Assembly: GCA_003246365.1 (NCBI GenBank)
Contig: QKAN01000066.1
Span: 5,333 to 69,332, forward strand
DNA from: Clostridia bacterium
Lineage (GTDB): Bacteria; Bacillota; Clostridia; Christensenellales; CAG-138
DNA: 64,000 nucleotides
Direction of reading: 5' to 3'
Shown piece after piece: positions 35,588-45,455 of this stretch (its first letter is position 1; each line of letters opens with the position of its first letter). A program made the position numbers and the translations under genes. Under the pieces are notes generated by a model. The model did no database searches and was not told the DNA's origin. It saw nothing but the letters and a program-made list of their open reading frames with translations.

Positions 35588-36718
35588 CTATTTTTGCGTT
35601 GTATTCAACAAACGAAACAAATTTTCTATCGTCAGTCGATAGTCTTTCACGCTGCGTTTTTTTGCCTCGCTGAACGGAATCGCCAGATGATTGGTGCTAA
35701 ACACCGCGCTAACGCCTTGCTGATACGCTTCGTCGATATCGTCTCCGACGTCTCCCACAACGGCAACAACAGGAATTCCAGCCGCTTTTGCCCGCCGCGC
35801 AACGCCGATGACGACCTTTCCGCGCAAACTCTGGCTGTCCAGCTTACCTTCGCCCGTAATCACAAAGTCGGCTCCCTGCACCCGTTCCTCAAAGCGAACC
35901 GTATCAAGCACCGTTTCGATGCCCGGCTGCAACTGCGCACCGAAAAACGCGACAACGCCCGCGCCCATCGCCCCCGCCGCGCCCGCGCCCGGGAGACTAG
36001 CAACCTCAAGCCCCAGCGATTGCACAATCGCCCGATCCAACGCAACCAGCTCGCGATCCAGTTTTTCAACCATCGCTTCGTCCGCGCCTTTTTGCGGCGC
36101 AAAAATATGCGCTGCGCCGCGCAGACCATGCATTGGATTGTCGATGTCGCACATCGCAATTACCGCAACGCCTTCGAGCAAGCGCTTTGTTTCGGCGTTG
36201 TCAATCTTCGCAATTTTCGACAATGTACCGCCGACAGGGATAAATTCGTTTCCGGCTTTATCGAAAAATCTTGTCCCCATCGCTGCCGCCGCGCCGCAGC
36301 CGCCGTCGTTCGTTGCGCTGCCGCCAAGCCCTACTATGATTTTTTTCGCGCCGTGTTCCAGCGCATGCCGCATGAGTTCGCCAACGCCATAGGTCGTCGT
36401 ACGCAACGGGTCTTTTTCGTCGCCAACGAGCGGAAGCCCTGCCGCAGCCGCCATTTCAATAATCGCCGTTTCGCCGAATTTCCCGTAAAAAGCGTATATC
36501 GTTTCAAAATAAGGACCGGACACTGAGAGCGTAATCTTTTCGCCGTCCAAACACTCTAAAAAGCTATCAACCGTACCTTCCCCGCCGTCCGCAACCGGAA
36601 GCCCGATTACCTCGCACGCGGGAAAAAACCGCCCCGCTTCTTCTGCAACAATCGCGCAGATTTCGCCGGACGAAATAGAGCCCTTAAACGAATCGGAAAC
36701 GACAGCAATTTTTTTCAT
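35588..36718 (-). CDS. glxK: glycerate kinase
   Basis: 376 aa with a GGAG RBS. MKKIAVVSDSFKGS N-terminus and the GEGKLDSQSLRGKV block are typical of the GlxK/GarK family. Confidence 0.85.
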   Translation of the reverse strand: MKKIAVVSDSFKGSISSGEICAIVAEEAGRFFPACEVIGLPVADGGEGTVDSFLECLDGEKITLSVSGPYFETIYAFYGKFGETAIIEMAAAAGLPLVGDEKDPLRTTTYGVGELMRHALEHGAKKIIVGLGGSATNDGGCGAAAAMGTRFFDKAGNEFIPVGGTLSKIAKIDNAETKRLLEGVAVIAMCDIDNPMHGLRGAAHIFAPQKGADEAMVEKLDRELVALDRAIVQSLGLEVASLPGAGAAGAMGAGVVAFFGAQLQPGIETVLDTVRFEERVQGADFVITGEGKLDSQSLRGKVVIGVARRAKAAGIPVVAVVGDVGDDIDEAYQQGVSAVFSTNHLAIPFSEAKKRSVKDYRLTIENLFRLLNTTQK

Positions 36719-36814
36719 TTACTTCTCCAGTTATCTGATTGATCGGCTGCGGATTTAGTGGGTCGCACAGCAAGTTTATTGTATCAGATAATTGCATTGT
36801 AAAAGCAAAATGCA

Positions 36815-36847
36815 ATAAAAAAGATGCGCGGGATTTCCCGCGCATCT
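36815..36847 (-). terminator. rho-independent terminator of the opp-like operon
   Basis: 12-bp stem AGATGCGCGGGA / TCCCGCGCATCT. On the minus strand it is followed by TTTTTTATTGCATTTT. Confidence 0.8.
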
Positions 36848-36863
36848 CTGTGGTTCATAACGA

Positions 36864-37139
36864 TCAGGCGAACCAGACTTTGACGCAAAAGAGAATGAAG
36901 AGCACGAGTATGACAACAAAGCCCATCGAATAAAGAAATGCCCACTTCATGCTGGCCAGCATGACCATTCGCGTTTCTCGCGGCGTCAGCATCTCTTTCG
37001 GGCGGTTTTTATCCTGCGAAGAAACCGCCTGCTTTCCGTCGAGTTCCCGCCGGTAACCCGGCATCCCCTCGACGTTCATGTTTACAATGGTGCGCCCGTC
37101 GTCCTCCCAGGCGTCTTCCCGTTTCTCCCGGCGTGTCAT
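36864..37139 (-). CDS. small membrane protein (91 aa), translationally coupled to the OppF-like gene
   Basis: ATGA start/stop overlap with the upstream ATPase gene. Charged N-terminus and one C-terminal TM helix (WAFLYSMGFVVILVLFILFCV). Confidence 0.55.
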   Translation of the reverse strand: MTRREKREDAWEDDGRTIVNMNVEGMPGYRRELDGKQAVSSQDKNRPKEMLTPRETRMVMLASMKWAFLYSMGFVVILVLFILFCVKVWFA

Positions 37140-38116
37140 TGCTTGTTACCGTAGAGATGGCAAACCACGGTATGTCCGTTGCCTGCGTCGTAGCTCTTTG
37201 GCACTTCTTGTTTGCAAATCTCCATGCACTCGCGACAGCGGGTATGGAATTTGCATCCCTTCGGCGGGTTCGCCGGAGAGGGAATGCTGCCTTCGAGAAT
37301 GATGCGGTTCATCTTTACCGTTGGGTCGGGCACGGGAATTGCCGAAAACAGCGCCTGCGTATACGGATGCATCGGTTTGGCGAAGATGTCTTTCTTCGTA
37401 CCATATTCCACCATGTCGCCCAGATACATGACGCCGACCGTATCGGAGATATGTTCTACAACGGAAAGATCATGCGAAATAAACAGATAGGTCAGACCGT
37501 ATTCCTTCTGCAGGTCTTCCAGAAGGTTGATAATCTGCGCCTGAATGGAAACATCCAGCGCGGAAACCGGCTCGTCGCAAACGATGAAATCCGGATTGAG
37601 CGCGAGTGCGCGCGCAATGCAGATACGCTGGCGTTGGCCGCCGGAAAACTCGTGCGGATAACGGTCCTTATGGTACGGCTGCAAGCCGCAGGAGCGCATG
37701 ATCTTCGTGATATAGTCGTCAAACTCGGAATCCGGCACGAGATGGTGCTCCCGCACCGCCTCTCCGATGATTTCGCCAACAGGCATACGCGGCGAAAGGC
37801 TCGAATACGGATCCTGAAAAATGATCTGTAACTGTGGGCGAATATGCCGAAGCTCCCTCTTGTTGAGTTCGAACAGTTCCCTGCCTTTAAACAGAACCTG
37901 TCCGTCGGTTTTGTCGTTGAGCCGCAGAAGGGTTTTGCCGATTGTGGTTTTTCCGCACCCGCTCTCGCCGACAAGGCCCATCGTCGTGCCCTGATAAATG
38001 CGGAAACTCACGCCGTCCACGGCGCGCACCTGGCCGACAACGCGCCCGAACATTCCGGCTTTAATCGGATAATATTTTTTGAGGTTTTTAACCTCCATTA
38101 CGATATCGTCGTTCAT
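37136..38116 (-). CDS. oligopeptide/dipeptide ABC transporter ATP-binding protein (OppF-like)
   Basis: Walker A GESGCGKTT, signature FSGGQRQR, Walker B VCDEPVSALD, and a C-terminal oligopeptide-type Cys motif. Confidence 0.9.
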   Translation of the reverse strand: MNDDIVMEVKNLKKYYPIKAGMFGRVVGQVRAVDGVSFRIYQGTTMGLVGESGCGKTTIGKTLLRLNDKTDGQVLFKGRELFELNKRELRHIRPQLQIIFQDPYSSLSPRMPVGEIIGEAVREHHLVPDSEFDDYITKIMRSCGLQPYHKDRYPHEFSGGQRQRICIARALALNPDFIVCDEPVSALDVSIQAQIINLLEDLQKEYGLTYLFISHDLSVVEHISDTVGVMYLGDMVEYGTKKDIFAKPMHPYTQALFSAIPVPDPTVKMNRIILEGSIPSPANPPKGCKFHTRCRECMEICKQEVPKSYDAGNGHTVVCHLYGNKQ

Positions 38117-39279
38117 GCCTTCACCCCCTGTTCCGCATAGAGATAACAGCTCACCGCATGCGTTTTAGAAAGACGGATTTCATCCGGATATTTTCCGTCG
38201 CACTTTTCAATGCATTTCTCGCAGCGGTCGCGGAAATAACAATAGTCCGGCATATTGATCGGATTTGGAACCGCGCCGGGAATGCTATACAGCCGGTCGC
38301 GTTCGCGTCCGACAACGGGTTTGGATTCCATGAGTCCAATCGTATACGGATGCGCGGGATGGAGGAATACCTCTTCCGTTGTGCCTTTTTCAACAATGCG
38401 GCCCGCGTACATGACCACAACATAATCCGCCATTTCGGCGACGACGCCAAGATCGTGCGTGATCAGCATGATTGAAGAATTGATTTTGTCTTTCAGGTTG
38501 CGTAATAAATCCAGAATCTGGGCTTGAATCGTTACGTCCAGCGCGGTGGTCGGTTCGTCCGCAATGATGAGCTGCGGGTTGCAGCTTAATGCCATAGCGA
38601 TCATGATGCGCTGGCGCATGCCGCCGGAAAGCTCATGCGGGAACATGCTATAAACGCCTTCGCAGTTTGCGATGTTGACAAGATCCAGCATTTCCAGCGT
38701 GCGTTGTTTTACCTGTTCATCCGACATTTCGGGGTTATGCAGCTTGATGACCTCGTCAATCTGCGCGCCTGCGCGAAAAACTGGGTTCAGGCTGGTCATT
38801 GGCTCCTGAAAAATCATGGAGACATAGTTGCCGCGGATGCGCTGCATCGCTTCGGTCGGCGTTTTTGCAATGTCGTAAACGGCATCCCCCGTGTTTACGC
38901 GAATCGCACCTTCCACAATCTGCCCCTGCGGACGCTGCACAAGCTGCATGAGCGAAAGACTCGTTACGCTCTTGCCGCAACCACTTTCACCGACGACGCC
39001 AACGGTTTTTCCCTGCGGAATATCAAACGTTACGCCGTCAACGGCCTTTACCGTTCCTATATCCGTAAAGAAATAGGTGTGCAGATTGTCAAATTCCGCT
39101 ACGTTGTTCGGGTCGTGCATCTGTGTCAGATACTCTTCCGGCGGCACGTGTTTGCGGTTGCGCTGCTTTTCGATGCGGTCGGTAATGCGTCGGTTTTCGC
39201 GGGAAATCCGGCGGGATTCCGACGCGGAAATATAATCCTGACCATGTGATTTTTTATTAAAGATTCCCATAACGCTCAC
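38113..39279 (-). CDS. oligopeptide/dipeptide ABC transporter ATP-binding protein (OppD-like)
   Basis: [16 protein letters not shown] and [10 protein letters not shown]. The track start is a GTG at 39279; an ATG at 39270 (MGIFNKK) is an equally possible start. Confidence 0.9.
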   Translation of the reverse strand: MSVMGIFNKKSHGQDYISASESRRISRENRRITDRIEKQRNRKHVPPEEYLTQMHDPNNVAEFDNLHTYFFTDIGTVKAVDGVTFDIPQGKTVGVVGESGCGKSVTSLSLMQLVQRPQGQIVEGAIRVNTGDAVYDIAKTPTEAMQRIRGNYVSMIFQEPMTSLNPVFRAGAQIDEVIKLHNPEMSDEQVKQRTLEMLDLVNIANCEGVYSMFPHELSGGMRQRIMIAMALSCNPQLIIADEPTTALDVTIQAQILDLLRNLKDKINSSIMLITHDLGVVAEMADYVVVMYAGRIVEKGTTEEVFLHPAHPYTIGLMESKPVVGRERDRLYSIPGAVPNPINMPDYCYFRDRCEKCIEKCDGKYPDEIRLSKTHAVSCYLYAEQGVKA

Positions 39280-41016
39280 CTACCTCTTCATCTTGGGATC
39301 AAACGCATCCCTTAATCCGTCGCCGACGAAGTTGAACCCAAGCACGGTCAATACAATGAGGATGCCGGCCGGAATCCAGATGAACCAGTAATTCGTCATG
39401 ACGTGCACGTTTGTCGCCGCGTTGATGATGCTGCCCCAGGAGGCAAGCGGATATTTTACACCAAGGCCCAGGAACGACAGCGTCGCTTCAGTAATGATGA
39501 TACCACCGAGGCTCATCGTCGCCTGTACGATCAGCAGCGGCATAACATTTGGAACAAGATGTTTGAAAATTCTGCGCGAAACGCGGATGCCAGTCGCCTC
39601 CGTGGCGACCATGAAATCCTGTTCGCGTAGCGAAAGAATTTGACCGCGCACCACACGCGCAATGCTTGTCCAACCTAGGATGCCGAGCACCGCCATCAGG
39701 ATAAATATTCGTTTAATGGGATCGATCTCCATCTTATCCATAACGGTACCGATGATCATGACAATCGGATAAAACGGAATGCAGTTGAACAAATCGACAA
39801 AACGCATAATCGCCGTATCGACCCAGCCGCCGAAGTAGCCGGAGATACCGCCAAGTACGATGCCGATGAACGTTTCAAGGAAAACGACGACAAATCCAAC
39901 CATCAGGGAAATGCGCCCGCCGTACATAAGCCGCGTCATCACGTCCATGCCGTTGCTGTCCGTTCCGAGCAAGTGCGCCAGTGTCGGGAACTCGAACATC
40001 GTGATCACGCGCGATTCCTTCAGCGTGCGTACGGTATAGGTTGTATTCACGCGGTCGATCCGGTATTCCACCAGTTCTCCCGTTTCATCCGTGTAGGTGA
40101 ACTTCGTCTCCTTGTTGCGGATTGCGTCGCGAATGATGGATTTGAAATCAGCGGAGAGGAAAATATCGTTCGCATTGGGCGAAACGAGAATATCCGAAAC
40201 GGAACAAACCGTTTTATCCGCCTCCGAAATCAGCAGATCATCCGTTTCCCCCGAAATCGAATACGTTTTTCCGTCGTATGTAAACTTGCTTTCGCCGCGC
40301 GTGAGCGCAAGCTCGGAAGCATAGCGGAATCCGAAGCTCTCGGTCAGCGCCTGATAGGATTCATCCGCCGGGTCGTAAACGCTCTTTGTCGCCAATGCGA
40401 TGGATTCCACATGATAGATCGCGCTTGTTTTGCCTTCGTTTACAAGCGTGTATATGGTTCCGTCCGCTTCAAACTGCATCAGCCGCGCTTCAATAGCCGC
40501 CTGTGCTGCTGCCGTAAACGCTTCGGTCGGAACGAATCCCGTCTCTTCTACAGGCGTAATTGAAAACTTGCCTGCAAGCGTGCGTCCCGTCGCAATCTCA
40601 AGCGCATCGCCGATGGTATAAAAGTCTTCGCCTTCTTTTACGAGCGTGTAGGTTTTATCGCCATAGGTAAAAGAGTTTTCGCCTTTTGAAATCGCAAGCA
40701 CCGCCTGCGCGCGCGCCGCCTCCGGCAATTCTGCGCCGTCTCGAATGGTATAGCGCAGCTCCGTGCTCATCATGCAGGTTGCGTATTCCTTCATGATTTC
40801 TTCGTCGTGCTTAAACACCTGACTCTGCGTATAAGGCGAGAAGATGCCGCCGAGGAACGAGAACGCGAACATCAGCACGAGAATGATAAGACCGGTAATT
40901 GCCAGCTTATTACGAACAAACCGCTTGAATACCAGCATGCCCGGGGATAGTACACGGACGCGGCGTTCGTCGTCCAGTTTCTGTGTTCCGAATTTTCCAG
41001 TGTTTTTTGTTTCCAT
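39280..41016 (-). CDS. ABC transporter permease (OppC-like) with a roughly 300-aa extracytoplasmic insertion after TM1
   Basis: Start set to METKNTG at 41016 (GAGAGGAGG RBS). One N-terminal TM, then a long hydrophilic region, then a typical OppC core ending in DAFDPKMK. Confidence 0.85.
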   Translation of the reverse strand: METKNTGKFGTQKLDDERRVRVLSPGMLVFKRFVRNKLAITGLIILVLMFAFSFLGGIFSPYTQSQVFKHDEEIMKEYATCMMSTELRYTIRDGAELPEAARAQAVLAISKGENSFTYGDKTYTLVKEGEDFYTIGDALEIATGRTLAGKFSITPVEETGFVPTEAFTAAAQAAIEARLMQFEADGTIYTLVNEGKTSAIYHVESIALATKSVYDPADESYQALTESFGFRYASELALTRGESKFTYDGKTYSISGETDDLLISEADKTVCSVSDILVSPNANDIFLSADFKSIIRDAIRNKETKFTYTDETGELVEYRIDRVNTTYTVRTLKESRVITMFEFPTLAHLLGTDSNGMDVMTRLMYGGRISLMVGFVVVFLETFIGIVLGGISGYFGGWVDTAIMRFVDLFNCIPFYPIVMIIGTVMDKMEIDPIKRIFILMAVLGILGWTSIARVVRGQILSLREQDFMVATEATGIRVSRRIFKHLVPNVMPLLIVQATMSLGGIIITEATLSFLGLGVKYPLASWGSIINAATNVHVMTNYWFIWIPAGILIVLTVLGFNFVGDGLRDAFDPKMKR

Positions 41017-41029
41017 GCCGCGCCTCCTC

Positions 41030-42016
41030 TCAATTCGCCCGGACGCGCGGGTCGGCAATCGCGTACGAAATGTCCGCGATAATCAGACTGACCTGCGTCA
41101 GAACTTCAATAAATACAATATAGAACATGGTAAACGGAATATCGCCCTGCGTAATCGCCTGATAAGATATGTAACCGATACCGGGAATCTGAAACAGCGT
41201 TTCCGTAATCATCGCGCCGCCAAACATGTTCGGCAGCAGATAGCTCGCATACGAGATCAGCGGAATCAGCGTGTTGCGAAACGCGTGCTTGTTGATGACC
41301 ACTTTTTCGGAAAGGCCTTTGGCGCGCGCGGTTCGAATATAGTCCGCGTTGAGCACCTCCAGCATGTTGGTGCGCGTATAACGCATCAATCCGCCGATGG
41401 ACAGGATCATCAACGTGATGACCGGCAGCACCATGTGGTGCCCTATGTCAACCACCTGCTGCCAGGCGGTCATCTGCTCGTGCATGCGCCCTACGATTCC
41501 GTAGAGATCAAACCAGCCGAGCTTGATGGAAAAGATATATTTCAGTAGCGTCGCAAGGAAGAACGTGGGCAGTGAAATACCCATCAGCGCAACGACCGTA
41601 ACGGTATAATCCGTCGCGCTGTATTGCTTGCGCGCTGCGAGAATGCCAAGCGGAATGCAAATGACAGCCTGTAAAACGAACGTAAAGGCATTGATGATGA
41701 CCGAATACCAAATTACGCTGTTGAACTTTTCAATAACAGGCTGGTTAAATTTCCAGGAATATCCAAATTCCCCGCGGATCGCATAGCTGAACCACTTAAA
41801 GAAGCCCTCAAGTATCGATCCGTCAAGCCCATACATACCATTGAGCTGCTCTAACAGCTCGCTATAACTCTTTGCGCCGGGCAGCGCGCTGAGCTGCCGC
41901 GCCATGCGCTCTACAAAAGATGTCGGCAGACACCGAATGACGGCATATGCCACCAGTGCCCCAAAGAAAACGATAAACGCTCCTAATATCAGCCTTCGAA
42001 CAATAAACTTTGTCAT
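41030..42016 (-). CDS. ABC transporter permease (OppB-like)
   Basis: 328 aa. MTKFIVRRL N-terminus and a C-terminal YAIADPRVR motif typical of OppB/DppB. Confidence 0.9.
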   Translation of the reverse strand: MTKFIVRRLILGAFIVFFGALVAYAVIRCLPTSFVERMARQLSALPGAKSYSELLEQLNGMYGLDGSILEGFFKWFSYAIRGEFGYSWKFNQPVIEKFNSVIWYSVIINAFTFVLQAVICIPLGILAARKQYSATDYTVTVVALMGISLPTFFLATLLKYIFSIKLGWFDLYGIVGRMHEQMTAWQQVVDIGHHMVLPVITLMILSIGGLMRYTRTNMLEVLNADYIRTARAKGLSEKVVINKHAFRNTLIPLISYASYLLPNMFGGAMITETLFQIPGIGYISYQAITQGDIPFTMFYIVFIEVLTQVSLIIADISYAIADPRVRAN

Positions 42017-42100
42017 GGCTACCCCTCATAACAACAGGAACTTTGCGCCCGCCGCATAAGGCAGCGGGCGCAAAGTTCATTTTGAATTACAGATACAATT

Positions 42101-44566
42101 TTACTGCATTTCGACCTTTTCGATCTCTTTCAGCCAGCTCCAATAGGTGGTGATGTCCGGCGTGACCGTAGCAAGATTGATACGTTCTGCAGAGAACACC
42201 GTGCTGTTCTGGCGCTGGTAGGCCGGAATTTCAACTGCCCAATCGGCAATGATATCCAGAGCCTGCTTGTAGATCGCTTTCCGGTAAGCCTGGTCGTCGC
42301 TCTGACGAGCGTCAACGATCAGCTGGTCGAGCGTTGCATCGTCGATGTGGTAGTGGTTAGAGTCGGAACCGCCTCTGCCCACAATACCGGAGCTATGATA
42401 GACCTGGTACATATCCGGGTCGATCGTTGCCTGCCATGCGGCGCACCAGAGTTCCTGAGAGCTGGCATCCAGCATATCCCAGAGGACGGAGGTGTCGGTC
42501 AAGTCGTTGATCTTCAGCTCAAAGCCGATGGTTGCCAGCGCTGCCGCTGCATCGGTCAGAACCGCAAACGACGGGTGATCGCCGATGCCGTCGCCGCCGA
42601 TGACCGCTTCATAGCTCAGCTTCGCGCCTTCGGGAGCAGCTGTGAGCATGCCGGTGGCTTCGTCATAGGTGTATCCAGCCGCTACAAAGTATCCGATGGC
42701 AGCCTGAAGCGCCGCGGCATACTTCTCGTCGGTCGTCATGGAAGAGCTGTAGATATCGTTGCCGTCCACATCGGTGGAGAAAGCAACTTTATAGCCTTCG
42801 TCGGTCGGCTGCGGAGCCGCCCAGGAGGTGTTGGAGATCGGGTAGTTGATAACCGTTGCGGCTTCGCCATAATAGCTGTCGTACGCCGCGTCACGGTAGA
42901 CGGCAAGAACAGTACCCAGCGCTTTGCGCAGGTCTTTGGACTGTTCGCTCGCCGGGTCGGAACCGACCATGACGTTATCAGCATTGATGCCGATGTAGCC
43001 GTAGCCGAGGTTGTCGACCTTGACGGTGTCGAGAACGTCGCCGCTGATTTCGCCGTTGGAGTTATAGCCGGCAACTTCTTCGAAGTTCTTCTTAGATCCG
43101 TTCACATCGCCAACATCGACGGTTCCCGCCGCGATACCGGCAACGATTTCGGAATCGATGGTTTCTTTAAACTGTACATATTCCGTCATCGGTGCGCCTT
43201 TGAAGTAATTTTCGTTCGCTTCAAAGTAGCAGATACGGTTTTCATACTTCACGAACTTGTAAGGACCTGCGCCCATCGGCTGGGTCGTCTTGGCCTGAAT
43301 CAGAGACAGATCGCCGAAAGGATGGCCGAACATGTTGTTGTCGTAATCATACTGCGCGGTGTCGCCATAGTAATGCATCGGGACAACATACAGACCGCAG
43401 ATGGTGTAAACCGCGGGTGCTTCATAGCCCGACGTTTTCACTTCAACAGTGTACTGGTCGACCTTCTTGATGCCTTCGATGCTCGGGATACCACCCGCCA
43501 TCTCAGGATCGGCAGCCGCCTGCGCGGAGATAAAGTCGGACATTGCCTGACCAACGGTGGACGTGGCGGCAGAGTCGACGGCTTCTACGCTATAGAACGC
43601 ATCCGCATCGCCGGCATACTTGGCATAAGCTTCTTTATAGTAATCTTCAATCGTCGGGAACGTCGTGGTCAGATCCCAGCTACTGCCGGTGGATCCGCCA
43701 ACGAGCGCGCCGGTGTCATCCGGAGCGGCGAAGCCCCAGAGATACATACCGAAAGCAACCTGCAAGCCTTCATCGGCGGCAAGATCTTCTTCGGTTTTGC
43801 CCAAATCGGCAACATAAGCGCCATAGTTATTCACGCAGAAAGTGACGATGTCCTGAACATCGGCAATCCACGCGCTTGTTTCGAGCGCCCAGTAAGCGGT
43901 CTGCTGATCCTGCGTCCAGGCGTCTGTATCGGCCCAAACGTGATCCATGCCCGCCGCGCGAATGGCGGAAGCCATATCATAATATTTGGTGTAAACGTCA
44001 TCGGAAGTCTGCGTCTGATAGTTCTTGAGTCCGATGATGTTGTAGGAACCCAGTGTGGTGGAACCGACATAAGACGGATCAGCATACACATAGTAGGTGA
44101 AGATAATGTCGTCGGCCGTCGCTTCTACGCCGTCCGAGAACAAAATGCCTTCTTTCAACTTGATGGTGTAGGTGGTCACATCCGCCGCTTCGTCATAGCT
44201 GACAGCTACGTCACACGGGCCGGTGTACGTATAATCTGTTCCGTTATAAGCAATCGTCTCGCCGTCGATGGCGTTGTAGACGATACCGCCAACACGATCT
44301 GTCGTCAGCATAACGATCTGCGTCATCTCCATGGCGTTGACATCGTAAACGGTGTCAGCGAAGAACGGAGAAAACTTTTCGGAGAACTCTCCTTCCGCTA
44401 CTACAAGGGGTACCGATTCAACCGCAGCCGCGGTTTCCGTGGGAGCCGCAGTGGCCTCGGTGGCCGTTTCGGTCGTCGTGGTCTTCGTCTGGCACGCCGT
44501 AAAGACGCCAAGGCACATAATCAGCGCCAACAGGGCTGCCAAAACTTTGCTGCTCTTTTTGTTCAT
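42101..44566 (-). CDS. oversized family-5 (peptide/nickel type) ABC substrate-binding lipoprotein
   Basis: 821 aa with an AAGGAGGAA RBS. Lipobox LGVFTAC followed by a T/E/A-rich linker. SBP_bac_5-like body, but roughly 250-300 aa longer than ordinary OppA/DppA. Confidence 0.85.
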   Translation of the reverse strand: MNKKSSKVLAALLALIMCLGVFTACQTKTTTTETATEATAAPTETAAAVESVPLVVAEGEFSEKFSPFFADTVYDVNAMEMTQIVMLTTDRVGGIVYNAIDGETIAYNGTDYTYTGPCDVAVSYDEAADVTTYTIKLKEGILFSDGVEATADDIIFTYYVYADPSYVGSTTLGSYNIIGLKNYQTQTSDDVYTKYYDMASAIRAAGMDHVWADTDAWTQDQQTAYWALETSAWIADVQDIVTFCVNNYGAYVADLGKTEEDLAADEGLQVAFGMYLWGFAAPDDTGALVGGSTGSSWDLTTTFPTIEDYYKEAYAKYAGDADAFYSVEAVDSAATSTVGQAMSDFISAQAAADPEMAGGIPSIEGIKKVDQYTVEVKTSGYEAPAVYTICGLYVVPMHYYGDTAQYDYDNNMFGHPFGDLSLIQAKTTQPMGAGPYKFVKYENRICYFEANENYFKGAPMTEYVQFKETIDSEIVAGIAAGTVDVGDVNGSKKNFEEVAGYNSNGEISGDVLDTVKVDNLGYGYIGINADNVMVGSDPASEQSKDLRKALGTVLAVYRDAAYDSYYGEAATVINYPISNTSWAAPQPTDEGYKVAFSTDVDGNDIYSSSMTTDEKYAAALQAAIGYFVAAGYTYDEATGMLTAAPEGAKLSYEAVIGGDGIGDHPSFAVLTDAAAALATIGFELKINDLTDTSVLWDMLDASSQELWCAAWQATIDPDMYQVYHSSGIVGRGGSDSNHYHIDDATLDQLIVDARQSDDQAYRKAIYKQALDIIADWAVEIPAYQRQNSTVFSAERINLATVTPDITTYWSWLKEIEKVEMQ

Positions 44567-44645
44567 CTTTCTTCCTCCTTAGTTGATATTGTTTTCTGGA
44601 AAAAAATTTGCATAAAAAAATGGAAAAGCCCGATAGTAGCTATTA

Positions 44646-45209
44646 TCAACTATCATATCTGACACTGTTGTTTTCGTCAATCAAAACGCTGTCGAATATT
44701 GCATGATATTGAAAAAAAGCACAGAGTATGCATCCTGCACATACCAAAGATTCCGCAAAAACCAGAATATCGCTTCGGATGCTCTTGACGTCGGCAAAAA
44801 GATAAACCAGCAAACCGATCGAAAGACATCCGCTGAGCGCAAGCATACCGATAAAAACGCCTTTTTGTTGGACAAGATATTTATCATATTCCGCAAATTC
44901 AAGAGATTTGGAATGGAGAACAAGTAAAACAGCGCGGGCCAGCCCCAAACCGAGCGGAAGTAATAAGCCGACATAGGGCAACACAACATAGACAGCCGCA
45001 GGCGTACCGCCGCCGCCGAGGGCCGCGGACCCCGAAAAACCCAGAGCAACATATAAAGCAACAGCCGCGAAAAGACTGATAAGATAGATCGACTTTTTCA
45101 GATTTAGTTGCGGTTTCGGCAAGTTCAGCAGATAAACTTTTCCAGTATAACGAACGCTTTTCCCGTCGCGCTCATAGTCCTTGGCATAATCACGCGTTCG
45201 CTTGAACAT
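44646..45209 (-). CDS. hypothetical membrane protein
   Basis: Start set to MFKRTRDY at 45209 (GGGAGG RBS). Four hydrophobic helices. AT-richer than its neighbours. Confidence 0.5.
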   Translation of the reverse strand: MFKRTRDYAKDYERDGKSVRYTGKVYLLNLPKPQLNLKKSIYLISLFAAVALYVALGFSGSAALGGGGTPAAVYVVLPYVGLLLPLGLGLARAVLLVLHSKSLEFAEYDKYLVQQKGVFIGMLALSGCLSIGLLVYLFADVKSIRSDILVFAESLVCAGCILCAFFQYHAIFDSVLIDENNSVRYDS

Positions 45210-45455
45210 GCAACCTCCCGACAACTCAATAAGTTGATTATAGCTTGTCAATACAAAAAAAGAAAGAAATCTACCGTAATATACTAAATTTTGTGCACAT
45301 TTTCACCGATATTCTGTGGCAAAAACAACACAAATTACATCATATACGTAATAACATTGTGTTTTATAACGTTGCTTGATATACTGCGTTCAAGATTATC
45401 ATTTCACCAGCACTCACAAAGCAATGAACCCATTGATGTAAGCGAGGATAGTTGC

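Noticed and set aside
42347-44662. 771-aa ORF antisense to the 821-aa family-5 SBP gene
   Set aside because: Same shadow-ORF pattern: no RBS and a repetitive G/R/V/I-rich sequence. The sense-strand product has a lipobox, an RBS and an operon context.
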